From Candidatus Apopatosoma intestinale (GTDB lineage Bacteria > Bacillota > Clostridia > Oscillospirales > CAG-272), in NCBI GenBank assembly GCA_003524145.1, contig DODZ01000006.1, positions 3,234-67,233 of the forward strand: DNA of 64,000 bases, in the 5' to 3' direction. This document shows positions 18,479 to 26,194 of this stretch, piece by piece (position 1 is the stretch's first letter; every line of letters starts with the position of its first letter). The notes under the pieces were generated by a model that worked only from the letters and a program-made list of their open reading frames with translations, searched no databases and was not told the origin of the DNA. Position numbers and translations under genes: made by a program.

Positions 18479-19432
18479 ATGGTTGAAAGTAAACATCAAT
18501 GGAAGGCGTGGCTGTATCTCTCTCCTGCGATAGTCCTTTTGCTCATATTTACCGTTTGGCCCATAATAAATACGGTTCGCATGGCTTTTCTCGAAAACTA
18601 CAACGGACTTGCAGCCATAGGCGGCACTACTTTTAAGGTCGGCTTCGGAAATTTTGCTAAGGTCGTCAAATACGGCAACTTTCTGCAGTGCCTGAAAAAT
18701 ACCGCGCTTATCTGTATTCTTACCGTTCCGATTTCCACTTTTCTGGCGTTGATAATAGCCGTCTGCCTTAATTCTATAAAATTCCTGCAGAAGCCCCTGC
18801 AGACGATATTCTTCCTTCCTTATGTCACAAACTCCATAGCGATAGGCATGGTTTTTGCCGCTATGTTCAATGTAATAGGAAATATTGTAGGCTCTGTAAC
18901 CTCAGAGGCAAGCCTGATAACAAGCGTCGGAATAGTAAATAATGTTATAGAGTTTTTCGGAGGTACTCCGATAAGCTGGATAAACAGCGGCTCCAAATAC
19001 GGGGCAAATATAGCCGTAATGGTTATATATATCGTATGGAATGCGCTTCCTTTCAAGATTTTGATACTTCTCGGCGGACTCCAGAGTGTAAACAAGCAGT
19101 ATTATGATGCCGCGAGAGTAGACGGCACCTCGAGAGTAAGAATATTTTCGAGAATAACCGTACCGCTCCTTTCTCCGATGATAGCTTATGTTGTTATAAC
19201 AGGCTTCATCGGCGGGTTCAAGGAATATACGAGCATAGTCGGCATATTCGGCGAAAAGCTCGGACCCGTGCATGACCCGGGCAGACTCAATACGATGGTA
19301 GGATATATTTATGAGTCTCTCGAGCGAAGCAAGCAAGGTCAGGCAAGTGCTGCCGCTCTCATACTTTTCGGCATAATTCTTGTTGTCACATTGATAAATC
19401 TCTATGTCAGCAAGAAAAAAGTTCACTATTAA
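18479..19432 (+). CDS. carbohydrate-type ABC transporter permease (MalF/UgpA-like)
   Basis: 317 aa, 6 TM segments, EAA loop YYDAARVDGTSRVRIFSRITVPLL. Confidence 0.85.
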   Translation: MVESKHQWKAWLYLSPAIVLLLIFTVWPIINTVRMAFLENYNGLAAIGGTTFKVGFGNFAKVVKYGNFLQCLKNTALICILTVPISTFLALIIAVCLNSIKFLQKPLQTIFFLPYVTNSIAIGMVFAAMFNVIGNIVGSVTSEASLITSVGIVNNVIEFFGGTPISWINSGSKYGANIAVMVIYIVWNALPFKILILLGGLQSVNKQYYDAARVDGTSRVRIFSRITVPLLSPMIAYVVITGFIGGFKEYTSIVGIFGEKLGPVHDPGRLNTMVGYIYESLERSKQGQASAAALILFGIILVVTLINLYVSKKKVHY

Positions 19433-19444
19433 GGAGGCGGCTGT

Positions 19445-20338
19445 ATGGACAAGATAAAAAATGCCACTATGCAGGAAAAAGACCTGCAGCAGGTCTCTGC
19501 AAAGCAGCGCATAATGAAATTTCTCGCTATGTTTCTCATATATGCTTTCCTTATATGCGTTGCGATATTCGTACTTTTCCCGTTTTACTGGATGCTTATT
19601 TCATCTGTGAAAAGCCTTGATGAATATCGCCTCAATGTTCCGACGCTGTGGCCGCGCAATATACTTTTTTCAAACTACAAGACAGCTTTTGAATCGGCAA
19701 GTCTCGGAAGACTCTTTCTCAATACCGCATATGTAGGTATTGTTTCCACGCTGCTTTCTCTCGTGATAACGGTGTTGTCGGCATTTGCTTTTGCAAGACT
19801 GGAATTCAAAGGCAAAAATACGCTTTTTGCCGCGCTCCTTGCCACGATGATGATTCCGGGCGAGCTTTTCACCATAACAAACTACAGCACGGTGGCAGCA
19901 CTCGGTTGGATGAAAACCTATAAAGTTCTGATAATTCCTTTCCTTGTCAGCGTATTCTATATCTATCTGCTCCGTCAGAACTTTTTGCAGATACCGAATG
20001 AGCTGTATCTCGCCGCCAAGGTGGACGGCACAAGCGATATCAAATATCTTTGGAAGGTAATGATACCGCTCTCTCTTCCGACGCTCATCTCCATAACGAT
20101 ACTCAAGATGATGGGCGCATGGAACTCATATGTATGGCCGCGTCTCGTTGCAAATGACGAAGCACACCGGCTGATAACAAACGGCTTGCGCAACGCCTTT
20201 ACAGATACCACCGGTGACGTAAACTACCCGGTGCAGATGGCGGCTGTAGCGCTTGTTTCGCTCCCGCTTTTCCTTGTGTTTGTGTTCCTTCGCAAATACA
20301 TCATGAAGGGCGTCAGCCGAAGCGGAATCAAAGGATGA
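19445..20338 (+). CDS. carbohydrate-type ABC transporter permease (MalG/UgpE-like)
   Basis: 297 aa, EAA loop LYLAAKVDGTSDIKYLWKVMIPLSLP. Confidence 0.85.
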   Translation: MDKIKNATMQEKDLQQVSAKQRIMKFLAMFLIYAFLICVAIFVLFPFYWMLISSVKSLDEYRLNVPTLWPRNILFSNYKTAFESASLGRLFLNTAYVGIVSTLLSLVITVLSAFAFARLEFKGKNTLFAALLATMMIPGELFTITNYSTVAALGWMKTYKVLIIPFLVSVFYIYLLRQNFLQIPNELYLAAKVDGTSDIKYLWKVMIPLSLPTLISITILKMMGAWNSYVWPRLVANDEAHRLITNGLRNAFTDTTGDVNYPVQMAAVALVSLPLFLVFVFLRKYIMKGVSRSGIKG

Positions 20339-20400
20339 TAAGCTTCAAAAGAGGCTATTATCGATAAATCAAAAAAATAAAAACAGGAGGAATTCAAATT

Positions 20401-21804
20401 ATGATGAAGAAAATCTTATCTGTTCTGCTTTTGGTTGCCATGATTTTTGTTATGGCTTCCTGCGGAGGCAATGCAAAGAAGGGTATTCCGAACTTTGACG
20501 TTCCCGAGGGTGGATACGACGGCAGTGAGGTTACCATCACATTTTATCACACGATGGGCTCAAATCTTTCAACGGTTCTCAATAGCTATATTGAGTCTTT
20601 CAACAAGCTTTATCCGAACATCCACATCGTTCATACACAGGTCGGCAGCTATGATGATGTGAGAGATCAGATAAGCACGGAAATCACGGTAAAGAATCAG
20701 CCGAACATCGCTTACTGCTACCCCGACCATGTTGCTCTCTATAATCTTGCAGGCGCAGTTGCTACGCTTGACAATCTTATCGACAGCAAAATAATGGTAA
20801 AGAGAGCAGACGGCAAAGAGGAAACGCTCGGTCTCACAAAGGAGCAGAAGGACGATTTCATTGAGGGTTACTACAATGAAGGCATGCAGTTCGGCGACGG
20901 ACTTATGTACACAATGCCTTTCTCGAAATCCACAGAGGTTCTTTATTACAACAAGACGTTCTTCGATGCAAACGGTCTCAAGGTTCCCACTACATGGGAT
21001 GAGATGGAAGAGACAATGAAGAAAATAAAGGAAATCGATCCCAATTCTATTCCTCTCGGATACGATAGTGAAGGCAACTGGTTCATCACCATGTGCGAGC
21101 AGTACAAGTCCGATTATACAAGTGCTGAAGGCGAGCATTATCTCTTTGATAACGAAACAAACAGAAACTTCGTAAAGAAGTTCCGCGAATGGTATCAGAA
21201 GGGCTATCTCACTACTCAGTCACTCTTCGGCGCATACACATCCGGCCTTTTCACGGCTCAGACAGGTACAAAGAGCTACATGTCCATCGGTTCTTCCGCA
21301 GGTGCTACACACCAGCGCCCCAATAAGGTAGACGGTGCTTATCCTTTCGATGTAGGCATAGCTACCATCCCACAGGTTTCCCAGTCAAATAGGAAAGTTA
21401 TTTCTCAGGGCCCGAGCGTATGTATCTTCAAGAAAGACAATGCGCAGGAAGTTGTTGCTTCTTGGCTCTTCGTGAAGTACCTCACAACAAACGTTAATTT
21501 CCAGGCGGAATTCTCCATGGCTTCCGGCTATGTTCCCGTTCTCAAGTCTGTTGCAAACAACGACAAATACAAGGCATTTGTTGAAAAGGCGGACGGCGGC
21601 AACTATGTTTCCGCACTCAGTGCAAAGGTTTGCCTTGAGCAGGAAAGCGCATATTACACATCTCCCGCATTCAACGGTTCTTCCACAGCCCGCGATCAGG
21701 TCGGCAAGCTTCTTGCCAAGTGCCTGACAGCCGATGACGGCGGCGATGTTGATGCCATGATAAAGAAGGCATTCAAGGATGCTATTGCAGAGTGTGAATA
21801 TTAA
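20401..21804 (+). CDS. extracellular solute-binding lipoprotein (SBP family 1)
   Basis: Lipobox VMASCGG. At 467 aa it has the size and composition of CUT1 binding proteins. Confidence 0.8.
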   Translation: MMKKILSVLLLVAMIFVMASCGGNAKKGIPNFDVPEGGYDGSEVTITFYHTMGSNLSTVLNSYIESFNKLYPNIHIVHTQVGSYDDVRDQISTEITVKNQPNIAYCYPDHVALYNLAGAVATLDNLIDSKIMVKRADGKEETLGLTKEQKDDFIEGYYNEGMQFGDGLMYTMPFSKSTEVLYYNKTFFDANGLKVPTTWDEMEETMKKIKEIDPNSIPLGYDSEGNWFITMCEQYKSDYTSAEGEHYLFDNETNRNFVKKFREWYQKGYLTTQSLFGAYTSGLFTAQTGTKSYMSIGSSAGATHQRPNKVDGAYPFDVGIATIPQVSQSNRKVISQGPSVCIFKKDNAQEVVASWLFVKYLTTNVNFQAEFSMASGYVPVLKSVANNDKYKAFVEKADGGNYVSALSAKVCLEQESAYYTSPAFNGSSTARDQVGKLLAKCLTADDGGDVDAMIKKAFKDAIAECEY

Positions 21805-23168
21805 TGAGTAAAATATCCGAAAAGTTTATGCGCATCTCGGCGCTACTTCTGCTGATATGTCTGCTTTTGCCGTTTGTTTTCGCCTGTGGCGATAATCCTG
21901 CCGAAAATACGACAGAAAGCACCACTGCGCCGATACCGATTGAAATAAAGGACTATGTATCGATGCTGAAGCTCGATATGACATCCGATACACTCAAGCA
22001 GGAGGTAACGGTGCGCAGCTTTGTGGACGGCGATACGACGCACTTTTATGTTTCCGAGAGCGTGGTTTCCGGAGGTATACTGAAAGCGAGATATCTCGCG
22101 ATAAATACCCCCGAATCCACCGGTAAAATCGAGGAATACGGCAAGGCGGCTTCAAATTTCACGCGATCAAAACTAGAAAATGCAGATGCCATAATGATAG
22201 AATCGGACGATGGAAAATGGAATGTCGATTCTACCGGAGGCAGATATCTTGTTTGGGTCTGGTATAAGCCGAAGGGTGAGAGTGAATACCGCAATCTGAA
22301 TCTGGAGATACTCCAGAACGGACTGGCTATTGCCTCCTCCACGGCAAACAACCGCTATGGCACAACATGCATGGCGGCACTGGGTCAGGCAAAGGCGCAG
22401 AAGCTGAATGTATATTCCGGCGAGCGTGATCCCGATTTTTACTACGGCGACGCTGTAGAGCTTACATTGAAGGAGCTTCGCTCAAATCCTGAGGCATATA
22501 ATGGAAAAAAAGTCGCTTTCGAGGGTGTGATTTCGAGTGACAACAGTAACAGCATAACTGTTGAGGAATACGATGCCGATACCGATATGTATTATGGTAT
22601 CTCCGTTTACTACGGATTTTCCTTGAGCGGTGAGGGGCTTGATATAATCTCGGTCGGCAATCGCTCGAGAATAGTCGGCACTGTGCAGTATTATGAGGCA
22701 GGCGGCGTATATCAGGTATCCGGCTTATCATACAACATGATGCGCCCGGATGATCCCGGAAATCTCAAAAAGATAAGCGAAGGTCACACTCCGTCTTACA
22801 AGGAAACGACTGCTGCGACATTCGCTTCTGAAGTGACTCTGGAGGGCGAAGAAGGAAGCGTTACAGCAAAATATGCCGAGCTTGCTCTTGCCACTACAAT
22901 TTCCATGAAGGGACTCACCGTCAATAAGGCGGAATCGATCGGGAAAGAAGGTACCTCGTCATACGGCGAAATGACTCTCATCTGCACGGCAGATGACGGC
23001 ACAGAGGTAAGGCTTCGCACAGAGGCGATGAATGATTCGGAAGGAAAGCTTGTCACATCCGATGATTTGCTCGGCAAAAATATTGATATCAGAGGAATTG
23101 TCGATTATTATGCCGGCAATTATCAGATAAAGGTATTTTCATACAAACACATTTTGTTCAACAATTAA
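21804..23168 (+). CDS. surface lipoprotein with a staphylococcal-nuclease (SNase/thermonuclease) domain plus C-terminal OB-fold-like domains
   Basis: Lipobox PFVFACGD. The SNase core aligns by eye with S. aureus nuclease A: FVDGDTTHF / ARYLAINTPES / EEYGKAASNFTRSKLENA / GGRYLVWVW / LEILQNGLA / AKAQKLNVYS. The ATG overlaps the SBP stop (TAATG). Confidence 0.8.
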   Translation: MSKISEKFMRISALLLLICLLLPFVFACGDNPAENTTESTTAPIPIEIKDYVSMLKLDMTSDTLKQEVTVRSFVDGDTTHFYVSESVVSGGILKARYLAINTPESTGKIEEYGKAASNFTRSKLENADAIMIESDDGKWNVDSTGGRYLVWVWYKPKGESEYRNLNLEILQNGLAIASSTANNRYGTTCMAALGQAKAQKLNVYSGERDPDFYYGDAVELTLKELRSNPEAYNGKKVAFEGVISSDNSNSITVEEYDADTDMYYGISVYYGFSLSGEGLDIISVGNRSRIVGTVQYYEAGGVYQVSGLSYNMMRPDDPGNLKKISEGHTPSYKETTAATFASEVTLEGEEGSVTAKYAELALATTISMKGLTVNKAESIGKEGTSSYGEMTLICTADDGTEVRLRTEAMNDSEGKLVTSDDLLGKNIDIRGIVDYYAGNYQIKVFSYKHILFNN

Positions 23169-23189
23169 ATAATAACAAGGAGGCAAACT

Positions 23190-24491
23190 ATGAAAAGATT
23201 TTTAGCTTTTGTTTTTGCACTTGCACTTTGTCTTTCGGTGTTTGTCGGATGCGGTGATAAGCCAAATCCCGATAAGCCTAAGGCAAATCCGTTAGACCTC
23301 GCAAAGGAATATCTTTATACAATGTATAAGAACGCCACCGTTACCACTCCAGAGGACTACGAGGTGGTAGCTGCTATCAATATAAACGGCGTTGAATATC
23401 CGATAGAGTGGACTGTAGATGCTACAAGCGGCTCTGCCGAGAACATCGTTATCACACCCAATGATAAGGGCATGGTAGTCATAGACGTAAACGAAGAAGC
23501 CGATGCAGAGACGCTTTACAATCTCGTCGCCACAATCAAGAATGAAGCAGGTGAGACGGTTTCCGTTTCCTTTGCTCACAGACTTCCCGAGGGTGCTCCC
23601 GCCGATATGATTGTCGCAGAAGTTGTAGAGAAGGCATTTGCTCTTGAGGATGGCGCAACAATGAAGGGCACACAGGTTCTTCGCGGTGAAATTGTTGAAA
23701 TTCCATCCGCCTACAGCGCAGATTACAAGAATATCACAGTCAACATCAAGATAGGTGAAAGAATAATTCAGTGCTTCCGTCTCAAAGGCGGCGAGGACCT
23801 CAAGGTCGGCGATGTCATCACAGTTACAGGTACTATCAAGAATTACGGCGGCACGATCGAATTTGACAAGGGTTGCACATATTCCAAGGATATGAGCGTA
23901 GAAGAGGCGAAGCAGCTTCTGACAGCTGAGAAGGCTTATGCTCTTGAGAACGGCGCAACAATGAAGGGTACGCAGGTTCTCCGTGGCGAGATAGTTGAGA
24001 TTCCCTCTGCATACAGTGCAGATTACAAGAATATCACGGTCAATATCAAAGTAGGCGAAAGAATAATCCAGTGCTTCCGTCTCAAGGGCGGCGAGGATCT
24101 CAAGGTCGGCGATGTTATTACCGTTACAGGTATCATCAAGAACTACAACGGTACAGTTGAATTTGACAAGGGCTGCACATATTCCAAGACTATGACTATC
24201 GACGAGGCTAAAGATATTCTCGTTGCAGAAAACGCATATGCACTTGAAGAAGGCGCTACGATGAAGGGTCTGCAGGAACTTTGCGGTGAGATAGTTGAGA
24301 TTCCCTCTGCATACAGTGCAGATTACAAGAATATCACAGTCAATATCAAAGTAGGCGAAAGAATAATCCAGTGCTTCCGTCTCAAGGGCGGCGAGGATCT
24401 CAAGGTCGGTGATGTTATTACCGTTACCGGTACCATCAAGAACTACAACGGTACAATCGAATTTGACAAGGGCTGCACATATGTAAAGTAA
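23190..24491 (+). CDS. lipoprotein with three 100-aa tandem OB-fold-like repeats
   Basis: Lipobox VFVGCGD. The unit ...GATMKGTQVLRGEIVEIPSAYSADYKNITVNIKVGERIIQCFRLKGGEDLKVGDVITVTGTIKNYNGTIEFDKGCTY occurs three times and resembles OB/tRNA_anti-like domains found on secreted nucleases. Confidence 0.8.
   Translation: MKRFLAFVFALALCLSVFVGCGDKPNPDKPKANPLDLAKEYLYTMYKNATVTTPEDYEVVAAININGVEYPIEWTVDATSGSAENIVITPNDKGMVVIDVNEEADAETLYNLVATIKNEAGETVSVSFAHRLPEGAPADMIVAEVVEKAFALEDGATMKGTQVLRGEIVEIPSAYSADYKNITVNIKIGERIIQCFRLKGGEDLKVGDVITVTGTIKNYGGTIEFDKGCTYSKDMSVEEAKQLLTAEKAYALENGATMKGTQVLRGEIVEIPSAYSADYKNITVNIKVGERIIQCFRLKGGEDLKVGDVITVTGIIKNYNGTVEFDKGCTYSKTMTIDEAKDILVAENAYALEEGATMKGLQELCGEIVEIPSAYSADYKNITVNIKVGERIIQCFRLKGGEDLKVGDVITVTGTIKNYNGTIEFDKGCTYVK
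23589..24488 (+). repeat. 3 x 300-bp in-frame tandem repeat
   Basis: Exact 300-nt periodicity. 23991-24126 differs from 24291-24426 at only 2 positions (24038/24338 and 24110/24410). Unit 1 is clearly more diverged. Confidence 0.95.
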
Positions 24492-24540
24492 TTTTTGCAT
24501 TGATGCTGCGATTTCGCATGGTCAATATCAAATAGATAAC

Positions 24541-24568
24541 AGAGCGCCGCGGATTTCCGCGGCGCTCT
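24541..24568. terminator. perfect 12-bp GC-rich hairpin between convergent genes
   Basis: AGAGCGCCGCGG-AUUU-CCGCGGCGCUCU. There is no strong U-run on either side. Confidence 0.55.
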
Positions 24569-24605
24569 GCTATATCAGCAATCAGAAAGGCAGAGAATTT
24601 TTATC

Positions 24606-24749
24606 TCAGTCTTTTTTGTTTTTATCTTTCGGCTTTATTGCGGCGATGAGATAGACGCACCCGATTATTATCAGGCAGACACCGAATATACCGAGCATTC
24701 CTTCTCCCATGATGGGAAGGCTATCGAGAAAAGCTTTTACATCAAACAT
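24606..24749 (-). CDS. OadG-like small membrane subunit of a Na+-translocating decarboxylase
   Basis: 47 aa, MFDVKAFLDSLPIMGEGMLGIFGVCLIIIGCVYLIAAIKPKDKNKKD. It has a single TM helix and lies 12 nt downstream of the beta-subunit gene. It is below the ORF-track length cutoff. Confidence 0.6.
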   Translation of the reverse strand: MFDVKAFLDSLPIMGEGMLGIFGVCLIIIGCVYLIAAIKPKDKNKKD

Positions 24750-24761
24750 ATGAAATCCTCC

Positions 24762-25889
24762 TTACGAAACGAGAGCGACGATAAGACCGCCGGCTATAAC
24801 GGAAGCTATCTGACCGGAAACATTTACGCCTACTGTATGCATGAGCAGGAAGTTCTGCGGATCTTCCGCAAGTCCCATCTTGTGGATTACGCGCGCCGAC
24901 ATCGGGAAAGCCGAAATGCCTGCCGCACCTATCATCGGGTTTATCTTCTTCTTTGAGAAAAGGTTGATAAGCTTTGCAAAAAGCACGCCGCCGACTGTAT
25001 CAAATATGAACGCCACGAGACCGAGAGCGATAATCAGGAGGGTCTCTTTCTTAATGAATTTATCTGCCTGCATCTGTGTTGCTATGGTGATGCCGAGCAG
25101 AAGCGTGATGAGATTTGCAAGAACCTTTTGCGCTGTTTCCGAGAGTGAATCGAGCACGCCGCATTCACGGAGCAGATTACCGAACATGAGGAAGCCTATG
25201 AGCGAAACACTCTTCGGCGCTATGATGCCGACGATTATAGTGAGTATAATCGGGAAAAGTATTCTTGTGAGCTTGGAAACATTCTTTGCTTCATAGGGCA
25301 TGCGGATAAGTCGCTCTTTTTTTGTCGTCATCAGCTTTATCACAGGAGGCTGGATTATCGGCACGAGTGCCATATATGAATATGCCGCTACCATGATGGC
25401 ACCGATAAATTGTGACTTGAGAAGTTTTGCCACGACTATGGAGGTGGGTCCGTCTGCCGCGCCGATTATGGCGATAGAGGCGGCATCATTGAGTTCAAAA
25501 CCGAAGAGGCGAGCCATGCTGAGCGTGAAGAAGATGCCGAATTGCGCCGCCGCGCCGAAAAGCAGGAGCTTCGGATTTGAGAGGAGCGGACCGAAATCAA
25601 TCATCGCGCCGATGCCGATAAAGAGGAGCAGAGGGAAAAGCTCACCGCTTTCCTCCCCGATGCCGATATCGAAAAGTTTTGAAAGTGCGCCGATTTCCGT
25701 TCCTTGCGTGAGCGCACCGGAAAACGGCAGATTTACGAGTATCGCGCCGAAGCCCATCGGGAGCAGGAGCGCAGGCTCCATATCCTTTTTGATGGCGAGG
25801 TAGATGAGCAGAGCGCCTATAGCCCACATAATGATATGCTTATAGGATATCGCCTGCAACTGCTCAAGAATTTGAGATAAAATTCCCAT
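24762..25889 (-). CDS. sodium-ion-translocating decarboxylase beta subunit (OadB/GcdB/MmdB family)
   Basis: 375-aa polytopic protein with family-typical segments (IGAMIDFGPLL, IIGAADGPTSI, GAAGISAFPMSARV). Confidence 0.85.
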   Translation of the reverse strand: MGILSQILEQLQAISYKHIIMWAIGALLIYLAIKKDMEPALLLPMGFGAILVNLPFSGALTQGTEIGALSKLFDIGIGEESGELFPLLLFIGIGAMIDFGPLLSNPKLLLFGAAAQFGIFFTLSMARLFGFELNDAASIAIIGAADGPTSIVVAKLLKSQFIGAIMVAAYSYMALVPIIQPPVIKLMTTKKERLIRMPYEAKNVSKLTRILFPIILTIIVGIIAPKSVSLIGFLMFGNLLRECGVLDSLSETAQKVLANLITLLLGITIATQMQADKFIKKETLLIIALGLVAFIFDTVGGVLFAKLINLFSKKKINPMIGAAGISAFPMSARVIHKMGLAEDPQNFLLMHTVGVNVSGQIASVIAGGLIVALVS

Positions 25890-25912
25890 AAAATGTTTCT
25901 TCCTTTCAAAAA

Positions 25913-25966
25913 AGTATAAAAAAACAGACTTTCAAAGCCGCTGTAAACACAGTAGCCCGAAAGTCT
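25913..25966 (-). terminator. intrinsic terminator inside the 5' leader of the decarboxylase beta-subunit gene
   Basis: Minus-strand RNA AGACUUUCGGGCUACUGUGUUUACAGCGGCUUUGAAAGUCU followed by GUUUUUUUAUAC. It ends about 25 nt before the RBS AAAGGAAG. Confidence 0.65.
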
Positions 25967-26055
25967 TGCGATTTAATGCATCGTCGGGTGGTAACACCGT
26001 GATGACGGCGATGCAACGGGACAAGCCCGCACGCTACTCCCTTTTGGGAAATGAT
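25967..26055 (-). promoter_or_regulatory. structured 5' leader (candidate riboswitch aptamer, class unassigned)
   Basis: Lies between the promoter (26062-26090) and the terminator. Contains helices UCCC-AAAA-GGGA, CGGG-CUUGU-CCCG and GCAUCG...CGAUGC, the last enclosing CCGU-CAUC-ACGG. Confidence 0.4.
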
Positions 26056-26061
26056 GATAAT

Positions 26062-26090
26062 ATTTTAACATAGAAGTACATTTTTGTAAA
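26062..26090 (-). promoter_or_regulatory. sigma-A-type promoter (minus strand)
   Basis: On the minus strand: TTTACA (26090-26085), 17-nt spacer, TAAAAT (26067-26062). Confidence 0.5.
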
Positions 26091-26133
26091 GTGGTTTTGA
26101 AAATATTTTTAAAGAAAAAATGGCGGGATTCTA

Positions 26134-26162
26134 TTGACATTTGGTGAAAATTGTTTTATACT
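26134..26162 (+). promoter_or_regulatory. sigma-A-type promoter of asnA
   Basis: TTGACA, 17-nt spacer, TATACT. Confidence 0.5.
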
Positions 26163-26194
26163 GACATATCAAAAAAATTAAAGGAGGCTTTCAT

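Noticed and set aside
23589-24488. Near-identical repeats considered as a diversity-generating retroelement target/template pair.
   Set aside because: There is no reverse transcriptase gene and no non-coding template copy. The few differences between units are not adenine-specific. In-frame tandem domain duplication explains the pattern.
23292-24500. 402-aa ORF antisense to the repeat lipoprotein. Similar long antisense ORFs occur at 28043-29206, 29916-31049, 12108-13061, 13832-14743 and 10977-11882.
   Set aside because: Each lies entirely opposite a gene with clear family motifs and has no RBS context. The translations are low-complexity (Cys/Arg/His/Ile-rich) with no recognisable domains. 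They are a by-product of codon bias on the sense strand. The 402-aa one simply mirrors the 300-bp repeats.
25986-26000. Plus-strand GGGTGGTAACACCGT resembling a T-box antiterminator sequence upstream of asnA.
   Set aside because: There is no room for Stem I or a specifier loop, because the decarboxylase gene starts only ~100 nt upstream. No convincing plus-strand terminator follows. asnA has its own promoter 135 nt further downstream. The structure fits better as a minus-strand leader with a clear terminator.
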